This document shows, one piece after another, positions 42,761 through 54,292 of a DNA stretch of 64,000 nucleotides. A model generated the notes under the pieces. It saw nothing but the letters and a program-made list of their open reading frames with translations. It was not told where the DNA came from and did no database searches. The translations under genes and the position numbers were made by a program. The stretch comes from Nitrospirota bacterium (GTDB lineage Bacteria; Nitrospirota; UBA9217). The stretch covers positions 1,984,001 to 2,048,000 of the forward strand of contig CAVTRN010000002.1 in assembly GCA_963737155.1 (NCBI GenBank), read 5' to 3'. Each line of letters starts with the position of its first letter. Position 1 is the first letter of the stretch.

Positions 42761-43627
42761 TTACACGCTCAAAACTGGAATCGGCACCGCACAAATGATT
42801 GCGTAGCCGTGGGTCCTCAGGTGACCGCCATAAGGGTGACACCCCATAACCAGCAAGTCCGCCTTCGTCTGTTTCGCAGCTTGGCTCAGTACCTTGGGCA
42901 CATCACCACTACCGATAAATACGTCTGACTTGATGCCTATGCCTTGCTGGAGCTCTACGATATGCTGCGAAGCGTCGCCGACGAGCGCCGCTTTCCACTT
43001 TTGATTAACGTAGTTGCCACCCGGCCCCCAAAACTCCACCCCGGCTGTGACATGTGCGAGCGTAAGATGGGCACCAAATTCGTCCGCCATTTGCGCGGCC
43101 CACGACACAGTTTTGTGATCATAGGGGTTAAATGCGACCGCACACAAGACGTTGCGGACCATAAACTTCTGCAGTGTCGACTCTTGCACGTGGGCGTCGG
43201 TCCAAACCGGGCACTCGGTCCCTTGCATTACTTTCGCTGTCACAGAGCCTAGAAGAAACTGGTCGAACGTGTGGCCGTAGGACGGCATCATGATCAGGTC
43301 GGCTTTTTCTTCCTGAGCTGTCTGCACGATTGCCTGGGCAGCGCTGCCTTTGACCAACACACGCTGAATGGTAAGGTCAGAAAGCTCCGATATTAGAGAC
43401 TGGCCCAAGTTTTTCTCGGCACCTCTCGTGATCTCCGCGAGTATATCCCAACCAGCGAGTTCGGGGCCGTCCTCTGGAACACCGGCGGCATGGCTCAGCG
43501 CTGTTACGTTGTGCAGCATCACGATCTCAGAATGGAAATGATGGGCCAATGTCGCAGCCTGATGAATCACACGCAGCGAGGTATTCGGGAAATCAACCGG
43601 AAGAAGAATTTTCTTAATATTTAACAT
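42761..43627 (-). CDS. Tandem universal stress protein
   Basis: IKKILLPVDF, ADLIMMPS, LLGSVTAKV...CPVW, second USP domain. Confidence 0.9.
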   Translation of the reverse strand: MLNIKKILLPVDFPNTSLRVIHQAATLAHHFHSEIVMLHNVTALSHAAGVPEDGPELAGWDILAEITRGAEKNLGQSLISELSDLTIQRVLVKGSAAQAIVQTAQEEKADLIMMPSYGHTFDQFLLGSVTAKVMQGTECPVWTDAHVQESTLQKFMVRNVLCAVAFNPYDHKTVSWAAQMADEFGAHLTLAHVTAGVEFWGPGGNYVNQKWKAALVGDASQHIVELQQGIGIKSDVFIGSGDVPKVLSQAAKQTKADLLVMGCHPYGGHLRTHGYAIICAVPIPVLSV

Positions 43628-43813
43628 CTCGCACCAGCCGAAGAGTCAAAATGTCCCTGGCCATCTACCTCGGGACGTTCTCAACTTTATTTGGGTCACA
43701 CGCAATCCTCACGATCCCCGAACGGCGAGTCGACAAAGATGGGCGGATTCGGCACATCGTCATTTCAGCCGTTTGGGTGATAATTTGCAGCAGAGACAAG
43801 TCAGTTTTAAGTT

Positions 43814-45348
43814 CTATGGTACTTTATTCATCAGTTGCTCAGGCGACGGGAGTTGCGAGGCGTCCCAACCTCCACCTAGCGCCTCGATCAACCCAACGCT
43901 TGCCGTCATCTGCTGAATTAGGAGATTGACCGCAGTTTCCTGATTGGATAGCAATGAGGTTTGCGCTGTAATCACATTCAGGTAAGGATCGATTCCCAAT
44001 CTGTAGCGTTCCTTGGCGAGCGTGAGGCTTCTTTCCGCCGATTTGACCGCCGTGTCCTGATATTGAATTTCCACAGAGAGGATCCGCAACAACGCGAGGT
44101 TGTCTTCAACTTGTTGAAAAGCCGTAAGCACCGATTGTCTATAGTTTGCCACTGTCTGATCATACTGGGCGCTAAATTGTTCGACCGTGGCCTCGGCGCA
44201 ACCCCGCGTCAAAAATGGTTTCCGCGGCCGCCGCGCCAATCGAGAAAAAGCGGCTCGGCCATGTGAACCAGGTCGCGAACGAATTGCTTTCGAATCCTGC
44301 CGCTGCGCTTAATGTAATCGTCGGGAAATATGCTGCTTTCGCAATGCCAATCTGTGCGTTGGCCTGAGCAACCAGGCGCTCTGCTGCGGCAATGTCGGGA
44401 CGCCGCTCAAGAAGCTGGGACGGGACGCCGAAGGGAATCGCCGGAGGACTGGATTTGAGCGGTTCGACCGGAATTGAGAACGTCGACGCCGGTTGGCCGG
44501 TCAGCATGGCGATGGCATGTTCAAACTGCGCTCGTTGGACGCCAAGAGCGGCATCCTGTGCTTGCGTGGCTTCGAGTTGAGTCTCGGCTTGTGCCACGGC
44601 TTCGTCCGTCACCGATGCCTGTCTCATACAGAGCCCTCGTCAGTTCAAGTGACTGTTGATAAGCGAGAACAGTAGAATCCAACAATCGCTTTAACGCATC
44701 CTGACCGCGAAGTTGAAAGTAATCCGATGCAACATCGGCCTGGATAGTGAGACGGGTAGTCTCGAGATCCGCCGCGCTAGCCTGTGCCCCGTAGGTAGCC
44801 GATCTTACAGTGTTCTGGATACGGCCGAACAAGTCCGGCTGCCAGGTCGCATCAAATGGAAAGGTGTAGTCAGTAAAGGTAACCCGGGAGGAGGAACCTC
44901 CCGCCATGCCACTGGATAATGTGGATGACGCCCCTTGCCGAGTAATGGCTGGGTTTGTCGTCACTGTAGGGAAAAGCTGTGATCGAGCCTCCTTGACCAG
45001 GGCGCGCGCTGCAAAAAAGCTTTCCGCAGCAGCTACTATGTTTTGGTTTGAAACATTGACCTTCTCTTCCAGCGCATTCAACTGAGGATCGTGGAAAAGT
45101 TCCCACCATTTACCACGAAGCGAATCATCTTTGGGCTGCGCCACTTTCCAACCTTCCGTATTGTTGAAGTCGGCAGGAGTGAGTTCCTTGTATGCCGCAG
45201 GAGTTTCCGTGGTCGGTCTATGGTACTTCGGGCCGACCATGCACGCTGCTAGGAGACAAGGTGTCACGGCGAGACATAGTGTGGCTCTTAGATGGAAAAG
45301 AGTCATAAGCTTATGCACCCCATAATAGCTCCAATTAACCTTCATCAC
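43814..45348 (-). pseudogene. RND outer-membrane factor lipoprotein (NodT/OprM type) with two +1 frameshifts
   Basis: LAACMVGPKY lipobox, WWELFHDPQL, PSQLLERRPDI, ALGGGW spread over three frames; breaks near 44610 and 44192. Confidence 0.88.
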
Positions 45349-48300
45349 TGGGGGATAATCTAACCCCTTGGTTAAGGACGTCGTGCTGCTTTCCCTGCAT
45401 CCGTAGGCGCAGCCGGTCGAACGTCAAATAAACGACCGGCGTTGTATAGAGCGTGAGCAACTGACTTACGAGCAGTCCTCCCACAATAGTGATGCCAAGG
45501 GGCCGGCGGAGTTCATACCCCGTGCCCGTCTCTAGCGCCAACGGAAGAGCACCAAATAGCGCAGCCATCGTCGTCATGAGAATCGGACGGAAACGCAACA
45601 TGCAAGCTTCAAAGATTGCGTCGGTTGTGCTCTTTCCCTCTTGGCGCTCTGCCTCAAGAGCGAAATCGATCATCATGATGGCGTTCTTTTTTACGATACC
45701 GATCAGCAGCACGATGCCAATGATGGAGATAATGTTCAGATCCTCTTTAAAGAGCATCAATGCGAGCATTGCGCCTACGCTTGCCGACGGTAGAGTGGAG
45801 ATGATCGTCAGTGGATGGACCAGGCTTTCATACAAAATACCGAGAACGATGTACACTGCCAGCAGCGCCGTCAGAATCAGCACGGGCTCGGCGCCAAGAG
45901 ATTGCTGGTATGCCAGCAGCGTGCCGGCAAAAAAACCTTGCAGCGTGGAAGGCGTGCCGAGTCGCTTTTTCATTTGGTTGATGCGCGATGTGGCATCGCT
46001 CAAAGATACATTCGGCGCGAGGTTAAAGGACACGGTGACCGATGGGAATAAGCCCGTATGGTTGACGGCCAATGGTGTTGTGTTGGCTTGACCCTTGGCC
46101 ACCGTGAGAAGTGGAATGTTACGGCCGCCAGACGACTGAAGATATATGTTTTTCAATCCTTCCGGGCTTTGCCAATACTGGGGAGCAACTTCCAGCACCA
46201 CGTAATACTGATTTAATTGCGTGTACATGACGGATACTTCCGATTGGCCAAATGCGCTATACAACGCTGAGTCCAGAGACTGTGCAGTAAGGCCGAGCTT
46301 TGCGGCAGTGACGCGATCATAAGTCATCAGTTCATCAAGGCCACCATTCTGCTGGTCCGAGTTCACGTCCTGCAGACCGGGCAGGCGTTTCATTTCACCC
46401 AGCAGGATCGGTCCCCACTTGGAAAGTTCCTGCACATTGTCGGCTTGGATCGTGTACTGGTACAGCGCACTACTGGACCGGCCACCGATTTTTAGATCTT
46501 GCACGGGTTGGAGGAACGCAGAAGCCACCGGCAGACGATTCAATTGGGGGCGCAGGCGGTTGATGATTTGAGTGACACTAACCTTGCGTACCGCTAGTGG
46601 CTTGAGCGCAACATAGATGAATCCGGTATTTGTGGCACCATTGCCGCCAGTAAACGCAATCATATTCTCGACGGCAGGGTCGTTTTTAATCACGCCGCCG
46701 AGCTGCCGTATGGCGTTGTCCATCGCCGGAAAAGATGAATCCTGCGGCCCTTGGACTCCACCAACCATCGCTCCTGTGTCCTCCAACGGGAAAAAGCCCT
46801 TGGGTATCTTGACGATCAGCACTACATTGAGCGCTATGGTAAGGAAGAGTACGACGAGGATGAGCGTTGGATTGTCTAGGGCCCAATGCAGGCTTCTGCG
46901 ATATACAGACAGCACCCAGTCAAAAAACTTTTCGCTGGCCATATAAATACGGCCATGCTTTTCCGCGCGCTCGTTCCTCAACAGGTAGGCGCACATCATT
47001 GGCGTGGTGGTCAGTGAGACGATCATGGACACGAGAATGGCCGTCGAGAGAGTGACGGCAAATTCGCGGAAGAGACGGCCAACGATTCCGCCCATCATTA
47101 GAAGAGGGATAAAGACGGCAATGAGCGAAATGCTGATGGTGAAGACGGTAAAACCGATTTCTTCTGCGCCCTTCAGCGCCGCGGCAATGGGCTTTACACC
47201 GTTTTCCAGATGGCGCACGATGTTTTCCATCACAACGATGGCATCATCAACCACAAATCCTGTTGAAATGGTCATAGCCATGAGCGAGAGGTTGTCAATG
47301 CTATAACCGAACAGATACATAACTGCGAATGTACCGATCAGCGAAACCGGCACAGCAACGCCGGGAATGAGCGTAGCGCGGCCGTTGCGCAGGAAGACAA
47401 ACACCACGGCGATGACGAGGCCGATGGAAATGAGCAGCGTCCATTCGACATCACTCACGGAAGCGCGGATGGTTGTGGTCCGATCAAGAACGATGGTGAT
47501 ATCGATGCCGAGCGGAATAGATGCCTTGATAAACGGAAGTTGCGCGCGGATGCGTTCGACCGTGGCAATGATGTTGGCGCCTGGCTGGCGGTAAATGATG
47601 ACCATAACCGCGCGCTTGCCGTTCAAATAACCAGCAGCACGAACGTTTTGCACAGAGTCTGTCACCTGAGCGACATCAGACAGGCGGATAGCCGCGCCGT
47701 GGTTATAACCGACGACGAGCGGCTTATAATCGTCCGCAAGCAACATTTGGTCGTTGGCAAGAATGTCTGCGGTCACAAAACCATCAGAGATTTGACCTTT
47801 CGGCAGGTCAGCGTTCTGCAGGCTCAGCACGGACTGCAAATTCGCAAGGGTAAGTCCGTAGCTGGCCAATTGTGTGGGATTTGCGTCCACACGCACAGCC
47901 GGCAATGCGCCACCTCCGGCAACGACCTGCCCTACGCCCTGTATCTGCGACAACTTCTGTATTATGACGGTTGAGGCCTCGTCATACAGTTTAGCGGGGC
48001 CGTATTTGTCTGAGGTAAGACCGAGGATCATGATCGGCGCATCGGCGGGATTGACCTTGCGATAGAGCGGATTGGCCGGCAGGTTGGTGGGCAGATAGGT
48101 TCTCGCCGCATTGATGGCAGCCTCCACATCGCGTGCCGCGCCATCAATGTTGCGGCTGAGATCAAATTGAATGGTGACAGAGGTGTTGCCGAGCGTGCTT
48201 GCGGAGGTCATCTCCGTCACACTTGCAATATGACCGAACTGCCGCTCCAGAGGAGTGGCAACGGACGACGCCATTGTTTCAGCACTGGCTCCCGGCAAGG

Positions 48301-48448
48301 CTGCACTGACTGAAATAGTCGGAAAGTCGACCTGTGGCAGAGGTGATACCGGCAACACCTCATACGCAATCGCTCCGACAAAAGCAATCGCCACCGTGAG
48401 CAGCGTCGTAGCCACTGGCCGGCGAATGAACGGTTCGGAGATATTCAT
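45335..48448 (-). CDS. mdtC: RND efflux permease MdtC-like
   Basis: FIRRPVATTLL, LPQVDFPTI, GFVVDDAIVV, GIVKKNAIMMIDFA. Confidence 0.9.
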   Translation of the reverse strand: MNISEPFIRRPVATTLLTVAIAFVGAIAYEVLPVSPLPQVDFPTISVSAALPGASAETMASSVATPLERQFGHIASVTEMTSASTLGNTSVTIQFDLSRNIDGAARDVEAAINAARTYLPTNLPANPLYRKVNPADAPIMILGLTSDKYGPAKLYDEASTVIIQKLSQIQGVGQVVAGGGALPAVRVDANPTQLASYGLTLANLQSVLSLQNADLPKGQISDGFVTADILANDQMLLADDYKPLVVGYNHGAAIRLSDVAQVTDSVQNVRAAGYLNGKRAVMVIIYRQPGANIIATVERIRAQLPFIKASIPLGIDITIVLDRTTTIRASVSDVEWTLLISIGLVIAVVFVFLRNGRATLIPGVAVPVSLIGTFAVMYLFGYSIDNLSLMAMTISTGFVVDDAIVVMENIVRHLENGVKPIAAALKGAEEIGFTVFTISISLIAVFIPLLMMGGIVGRLFREFAVTLSTAILVSMIVSLTTTPMMCAYLLRNERAEKHGRIYMASEKFFDWVLSVYRRSLHWALDNPTLILVVLFLTIALNVVLIVKIPKGFFPLEDTGAMVGGVQGPQDSSFPAMDNAIRQLGGVIKNDPAVENMIAFTGGNGATNTGFIYVALKPLAVRKVSVTQIINRLRPQLNRLPVASAFLQPVQDLKIGGRSSSALYQYTIQADNVQELSKWGPILLGEMKRLPGLQDVNSDQQNGGLDELMTYDRVTAAKLGLTAQSLDSALYSAFGQSEVSVMYTQLNQYYVVLEVAPQYWQSPEGLKNIYLQSSGGRNIPLLTVAKGQANTTPLAVNHTGLFPSVTVSFNLAPNVSLSDATSRINQMKKRLGTPSTLQGFFAGTLLAYQQSLGAEPVLILTALLAVYIVLGILYESLVHPLTIISTLPSASVGAMLALMLFKEDLNIISIIGIVLLIGIVKKNAIMMIDFALEAERQEGKSTTDAIFEACMLRFRPILMTTMAALFGALPLALETGTGYELRRPLGITIVGGLLVSQLLTLYTTPVVYLTFDRLRLRMQGKQHDVLNQGVRLSPSDEG

Positions 48449-51400
48449 GCCGACCCTCCCCGTTCTGCGTCTCCGGTTTCCGGCTTGCTCGATTTATGCG
48501 CAAAGCGCTTCGCTAGATTGTCAAAAAAGATATAGATGACGGGCGTGGTGTATAGCGTGAGGGCTTGGCTCAGCAGCAGTCCGCCGACCATGGCGATACC
48601 CAGTGGCCTGCGCAACTCGGAACCGAAACCAGTTCCAAGCGCCAGCGGTATCCCAGCCAGCAGCGCGGCCATGGTGGTCATCATAATGGGGCGGAAGCGG
48701 AGCAGACAGGCCTCGTAAATTGCATCCGTCGCATTCTTTCCGTGCTTACGCTCGCCTTCCAGGGCGAAGTCGACCATCATAATTCCGTTCTTTTTCACAA
48801 TACCTATCAGCAGGACGATGCCGATGATCGCCACCACGCTTAAATCCTGGTGAAAGAGAATCAATGCGAGGAAAGCCCCAACGCCCGCTGACGGTAACGT
48901 GGACAGAATCGTAATCGGGTGGATAAAACTCTCGTACAAAACACCAAGCACGATATACACCGTGATCAGCGCGGCAAGAATGAGCAAAGGCTCATTGGAA
49001 AGCGAATTCGTGAATGATGCCGCGGTGCCTTGAAAACCGGCTTGAAGGCTGGGAGGCATGTGCATATCTTTCTGTACTTTGTTGATCGCCGTAATGGCGC
49101 TGCCAAGCGCGGCATTCGGCGCAAGATTGAACGACGTGGTGGTCGCCGGAAATTGACCCTGGTGTGTAATTACGAGCGGCTCCGTCGTGTTCTCAAAGTG
49201 CGAGAAAACGCTCAGCGGTACGGCGCTACTCATGGTCGAACTGGGAGCGCCTACAGAGTTTGCTTGCACGCTCGCCGAAAGCGCGTTTGCGGGAGGAGTA
49301 AGCGCAGCTGCCGATGGAGTGTACAGCGCCGAATTTGTTAGCGCGTTTGATCCCGCAGCGGACGATCCGGAAGACGCGAAAGAGGAAGAAGCTCCGGGAC
49401 CGGCTACGCCGGAGGACGTATTATACTTGATGTATAGTTGATTCAGCTTGTTCGGGTCATTCTGAAATTGCGGCTCACTCTCAAGCACGACGTGGTACTG
49501 ATTCACCTGCGTATACATGGTGTTAATTTGCCTTTGGCCGAAGGCGTCATACAGGGTGTTGTCGATGGTCGACGGCGCAATTCCCAATCGCGAGGCTGTA
49601 ACCCGGTCAATCGCCAGATATACGGCCAGCCCTCCCAATTGTTGGTCGGTCGCGACGTCTTCTAGTTCCGGCAACTGCTTCAGCCGTTCGACGAAGCGGG
49701 TGGTCCAGGTATTCAGCTCGTTGGCATCGGGGTCTTCGAGCGTGTACTGAAATTGCGTGCGGCTCACCCGGTCATCTATGGTAATGTTCTGCACAGGCTC
49801 CATAAACAGTTGTATCCCCTGCATCCGGTCCAATCTCGTCTTGAGCCTGCGAATCACATCTGATGCGCTGATTTTGCGCTGGTCGAGCGGTTTCAGATTG
49901 ATCGACATTCGGCCGCTGTTGACCGTTATATTCGTGCCATCCGCACCAATGAATGACGAAAGGCTTTCAACAGCTGGGTCCTCTAGAACCGCCTTGGCAA
50001 GTTCCTGCTGCTTCTCAGCCATGGCCCTTGAGCTAATCGTCGGCGGCGCCTGCGATATGCCCTGGATGACGCCTGTGTCCTGTACCGGGAAAAAACCTTT
50101 TGGGATAATGATGTAAAGGGAAATCGTTAGCAGGAGTGTAGCCAATGCGACCAACAGGGTAATCGTCTGGTATCGAAGGACAAACTTCAGTGTCTTCCCG
50201 TAGAACGCGATCATCCACTCAAAAAAGCGCTCCGAGGCTCTATAGATGCGCCACTGCTGCTCTTTTGGCTTGCGCCGCAAGATTCTCGCGCTCATCATGG
50301 GCGTAAGGGTAAGGGAAACCACTGCCGAAACGACGATAGTGACTGCAAGTGTCACGGCAAACTCGCGAAACAGGCGCCCAACAACATCGCCCATGAATAA
50401 GAGCGGAATCAGCACGGCGATGAGTGACACGGTCAACGAGAGAATGGTGAAGCCAATTTGTTCAGCACCCTTGAGCGCTGCTTCCATGGGTGGATCTCCC
50501 GCTTCGATGTAACGCGATATGTTCTCGATCATCACAATGGCATCGTCCACAACGAAACCCGTGGAGATAGTCAGCGCCATTAACGATAAGTTATCCAGGC
50601 TATATCCGAGGAGGTACATCGCAGCGAAGGTGCCAATGATTGACAGTGGCACAGCCACGCTCGGAATAATGGTGGCAGAGAGGCTACGCAAAAAGAGGAA
50701 TATGACCAACACGACGAGTGCGACCGTCAGCAGCAATTCGAACTCAACGTCGGAAACCGATGCTTTGATGGAGGTCGTAAGATCGGTAAGAGTGGTCACT
50801 TGAATGCCCGTGGGCAGGTTGGCCTCCATCTGCGGCATTAGTCGCTTGATGTTCTTGACCACGCTGATTGTATTGGCTCCGGGCTGGCGTTGCACATTTA
50901 GTACCACCGCAGGGGTCTGATTCATCCACGCGGCCTGGTTATTGTTCTCTATGCCATTCACGATGCGTGCTACGTCGGTCAGCATCACCGGCGCACCGTT
51001 ACGGAATGCAACTACAACGTTCCGATATTCGTCGCTGGTGACCAACTGATCGTTGGAATCGATCTGATAATCCTGGCGCGGCCCATCGAAGTTCCCTTTG
51101 GCGGCGTTCACACTGGCCTGTGTCAGCGCAGTGCGCAGGTCTTCCAGGTTGATTCCATAAGATGACAGTGCCATTGGGTTGGCTTGAATGCGCACTGCTG
51201 GTTTTTGCCCGCCACTAATGGTTACAAGGCCGACCCCACTGAGCTGCGAAATCTTTGGCGCAATGCGCGTGTCCACAAGATCCTCGAGCTGAGGAAGCGG
51301 CATGCTGCTTGAGGTGAAGGCCAGCGTGAGCACGGGAGCATCGGCTGGATTCGTCTTACTATAGATAGGCGGCGAGGGCAGGTTGGATGGCAACAAACTC

Positions 51401-51747
51401 TGTGATGCGTTTATCGCGGACTGAACTTCTTCCTCGGCCACGTCCATAGCCAGAGTGAGATTGAACTGCAGCACGATGACGGAAGTGCCGCCAGAGCTTG
51501 AGGAGGTCATCTGGCTCAAGCCCTGCAGTTCGCCAAATTGGCGTTCCAGTGGCGCCGTTACAGTCGTCGACATGACGGTCGGGCTTGCGCCTGGATAAAA
51601 CGTGAGTACCTGAATGGTCGGATAATCGACTTCCGGCAATGCAGAAACCGGCAGCTGCGTATAGCCAACAAGACCGACCAAGAGGATTGCAGCCATCACC
51701 AAAGAGGTCGCTACTGGTCGCAAGATAAATGGACGTGATGGATTCAC
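48445..51747 (-). CDS. mdtB: RND efflux permease MdtB-like
   Basis: MNPSRPFILRPVATSL, LPEVDYPTIQV, GFVVDDAIVMIENI. Confidence 0.92.
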   Translation of the reverse strand: MNPSRPFILRPVATSLVMAAILLVGLVGYTQLPVSALPEVDYPTIQVLTFYPGASPTVMSTTVTAPLERQFGELQGLSQMTSSSSGGTSVIVLQFNLTLAMDVAEEEVQSAINASQSLLPSNLPSPPIYSKTNPADAPVLTLAFTSSSMPLPQLEDLVDTRIAPKISQLSGVGLVTISGGQKPAVRIQANPMALSSYGINLEDLRTALTQASVNAAKGNFDGPRQDYQIDSNDQLVTSDEYRNVVVAFRNGAPVMLTDVARIVNGIENNNQAAWMNQTPAVVLNVQRQPGANTISVVKNIKRLMPQMEANLPTGIQVTTLTDLTTSIKASVSDVEFELLLTVALVVLVIFLFLRSLSATIIPSVAVPLSIIGTFAAMYLLGYSLDNLSLMALTISTGFVVDDAIVMIENISRYIEAGDPPMEAALKGAEQIGFTILSLTVSLIAVLIPLLFMGDVVGRLFREFAVTLAVTIVVSAVVSLTLTPMMSARILRRKPKEQQWRIYRASERFFEWMIAFYGKTLKFVLRYQTITLLVALATLLLTISLYIIIPKGFFPVQDTGVIQGISQAPPTISSRAMAEKQQELAKAVLEDPAVESLSSFIGADGTNITVNSGRMSINLKPLDQRKISASDVIRRLKTRLDRMQGIQLFMEPVQNITIDDRVSRTQFQYTLEDPDANELNTWTTRFVERLKQLPELEDVATDQQLGGLAVYLAIDRVTASRLGIAPSTIDNTLYDAFGQRQINTMYTQVNQYHVVLESEPQFQNDPNKLNQLYIKYNTSSGVAGPGASSSFASSGSSAAGSNALTNSALYTPSAAALTPPANALSASVQANSVGAPSSTMSSAVPLSVFSHFENTTEPLVITHQGQFPATTTSFNLAPNAALGSAITAINKVQKDMHMPPSLQAGFQGTAASFTNSLSNEPLLILAALITVYIVLGVLYESFIHPITILSTLPSAGVGAFLALILFHQDLSVVAIIGIVLLIGIVKKNGIMMVDFALEGERKHGKNATDAIYEACLLRFRPIMMTTMAALLAGIPLALGTGFGSELRRPLGIAMVGGLLLSQALTLYTTPVIYIFFDNLAKRFAHKSSKPETGDAERGGSA

Positions 51748-52973
51748 GGAGCGCTGCTCCCGTTCATGCCGGTCGTGGTAGGCTTAGTCGAAACGACAAC
51801 CGCAGCGTTATCCTGCAACTTATCAAAGCTGCTGTTGGCGACAACGTCTCCTGGGTTGATGCCTTCAACCTGCGTGACACCGCCGTCTGTAACTCCCGGC
51901 TTTATACTTCGTATATGAGCGATATTGTTTTGAATCACATATACAAACGATGCTTGCCCATTGTGCTGAATGGCTGATGCCGGAATCAGCGTCACTCCAT
52001 GCAATGTATTCACCAGCAGGCGCGTGTTTATAAATTGGTTCGGGAAGAGTGCATCATTATTGTTACCGAAGAGTGCTCGCCCTTTTACTGTCCCAGTCGT
52101 CGTGTCGATTTGGTTGTCGAGCGTTAACAGCTTCCCGCTTGCAATCTTCGTCTGCGCAGTGTGATCAAATGCATCGACGGTGAGCCTAGCCTTCTTGAGT
52201 AAGCGAGCTTCAACCTGGCCCAGACTGTCTTCCGGTATCGTGAAAATTACGGTGATGGGCTCCAACTGTGTAATGACTGCGAGAACTACGGTTCCAGCGG
52301 ACTGCACCACGTTGCCCGGATCCACCAGCCGTAAACCCACTCGGCCGTCAATTGGAGCAGTGATATGGCAGTAGTCGACCTGAATCTGGTCATATTGTAC
52401 CGTTCCCTGGTCGTTTTTTACCGTGCCCTCGTCCTGCAGTACAAGCTTTTCCTGGTCATCCAGGATTTGCTTTGCAATGGCGTTGCGTGACCATGCGACA
52501 CGGTAACGTTCAAGATCCATCTGTGCTTGGGCGAGCAGATTCTTGTCTCGTTCCAGTGCCCCTTGCGCTTGTAAAAGAATTGCGCGGTACGGACTCGAAT
52601 CGATGTCAATCAGTGGATCGCCCTTACGTACTCGCTGACCCTCCTCATAGTGCACGGCAATGACTAGGCCAGTCACTTGACTGGTAATCAAATCGGTATA
52701 GACCGGGGTGACTGTGCCGATTGCATTAAGGTAGACTCCGATATCACCCTTTTGAGCAGGTGCACTCGAAATGGTGATCCCTGGAGACTTCGCTTTTGGG
52801 GTGCCCTTGTGGTGGTGTAAGACCAGTACGAACGCAAGCGCAAATACCAGTAGCACCAGGCTCCATATGACGACTCGCACAATCTTACGTCGGGGACGTG
52901 CCGGAACGGGAGTCGGGAGTTGATGATCAGGGTTGATGGCTGATTGCTCGTTTATCTCGGGTGTCAATTGCAA
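51744..52973 (-). CDS. mdtA: RND periplasmic adaptor MdtA-like
   Basis: N-terminal TM, AIGTVTP, ITAPIDGRVGLRLVDPGN, DNQIDTTTGT. Confidence 0.9.
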   Translation of the reverse strand: MQLTPEINEQSAINPDHQLPTPVPARPRRKIVRVVIWSLVLLVFALAFVLVLHHHKGTPKAKSPGITISSAPAQKGDIGVYLNAIGTVTPVYTDLITSQVTGLVIAVHYEEGQRVRKGDPLIDIDSSPYRAILLQAQGALERDKNLLAQAQMDLERYRVAWSRNAIAKQILDDQEKLVLQDEGTVKNDQGTVQYDQIQVDYCHITAPIDGRVGLRLVDPGNVVQSAGTVVLAVITQLEPITVIFTIPEDSLGQVEARLLKKARLTVDAFDHTAQTKIASGKLLTLDNQIDTTTGTVKGRALFGNNNDALFPNQFINTRLLVNTLHGVTLIPASAIQHNGQASFVYVIQNNIAHIRSIKPGVTDGGVTQVEGINPGDVVANSSFDKLQDNAAVVVSTKPTTTGMNGSSAP

Positions 52974-53914
52974 GCTCCTTTTTCAGTATCGAATCCCTCT
53001 CATAGCACTGCTCGTAAGCGACTCCGCAAGGTACAAAATCTCGGACTAGTCAGTCCCGGTCTCTTTAGGGAGCGGAACTTACCTAGCCTGAATTTCTCCG
53101 GTGCAGAATTCCCCTAAGTAATTACGGATTTTTCACCGCTGAGCTAAGCGGTCAATTGTATAGCGGCAATCCTTTCAACCACAGGACGGAGACAGAGCGG
53201 TTCATGAGTCCTGAGCGAGAATAATCAGCAGATGCCCACGCCGGTGAAATCTGACATCGGTCCCGGTAGAGTTTAGTTCTGATTCATTTGCGTCGCTTAC
53301 CGCCACGTTTTTGCTCGTAGGTCTAAAGTAGACCCTGTCGTCATCTGAATAAGGCCGTACAGGGCTTATTTGTCCACGGTGTCGGTATCCTATGGGCCTC
53401 TAAAGCTTCCATCTATCCACGACGAAAATAAATACTGCATTCCCGTGCCGCCGTTCTGAGACGATAGCACCACTCACGCATTGCTTGAACCTGCCGCCCA
53501 ACTGAATTTATGAGGCGTCACTGCTTTACTCTTCATCGGGTGATCATCAATTGATTTCCCCGTACACCACGTAGAACAAAGCCCGATAAAGAACAGACTC
53601 ATAATTGAATGATGTTCATCAGCAAGAAACTTGGCTCTTTCACATCTCAAATGGGTAAGTCGACCTTCTTGCAAGTCTAACTCACCTTTAAGCATGTAGA
53701 TGGTAATTTTAAAAGTTATTGAATTTACAGCATTTTCATACCATCGATTTTGCAAACTATAATTAAAGTATCTGAAAACACTGCCCTCTTAATTATGAAA
53801 AGAAACCAGAAACTTTATTCCCTGAAGAAAAAATTATCATTTAATAAATCATCTGTCAAGTTGCCCAGGAAAAGCGATAGAGAATTGCTAACGTCTTTTT
53901 TAACGAGACTAACA

Positions 53915-54210
53915 GGGGTTTTCGTCGAATTTGCCCCTTATGAACACACGGAGAAACCTCCTGGAGCGGCCCTCCCCTATCGCTCCACCTTGCGGCAACT
54001 TTTCTCCGTGAGTAGAGACAGAGCGCATATTGTAAAATATATTCAAACGCGCGTTTAAATATTTTGATACTCATATAAAGGGCACTAACTGAGTCAAACG
54101 GAGCGATGTAACACTGGCATTCTTGTAATAAGTGTTTTCCCCGTGGAGGTTCAGATGGTCCCACCACGATGCCGGTATTGTGCCCTTGACAATATCCTTG
54201 AAATGGATGG
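53915..54210 (-). mobile_element. Possible Tn3-family remnant
   Basis: Minus-strand IVKGTIPASWWDHLNLHGE resembles the Tn3 TnpA C-terminus; GGGGTTTTCGTCGAATTT at 53915 resembles a terminal IR. Confidence 0.3.
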
Positions 54211-54214
54211 CCAA

Positions 54215-54261
54215 ACGTACTTCACATGCGTGGAACCGATGTCGATGACTAGAATTCTCAT
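54215..54261 (-). pseudogene. N-terminal stub of a ROK/polyphosphate glucokinase
   Basis: MRILVIDIGSTHVK immediately after zwf. Confidence 0.45.
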
Positions 54262-54292
54262 GCTAACGGATATTGCGTACTATATCTAGTTA

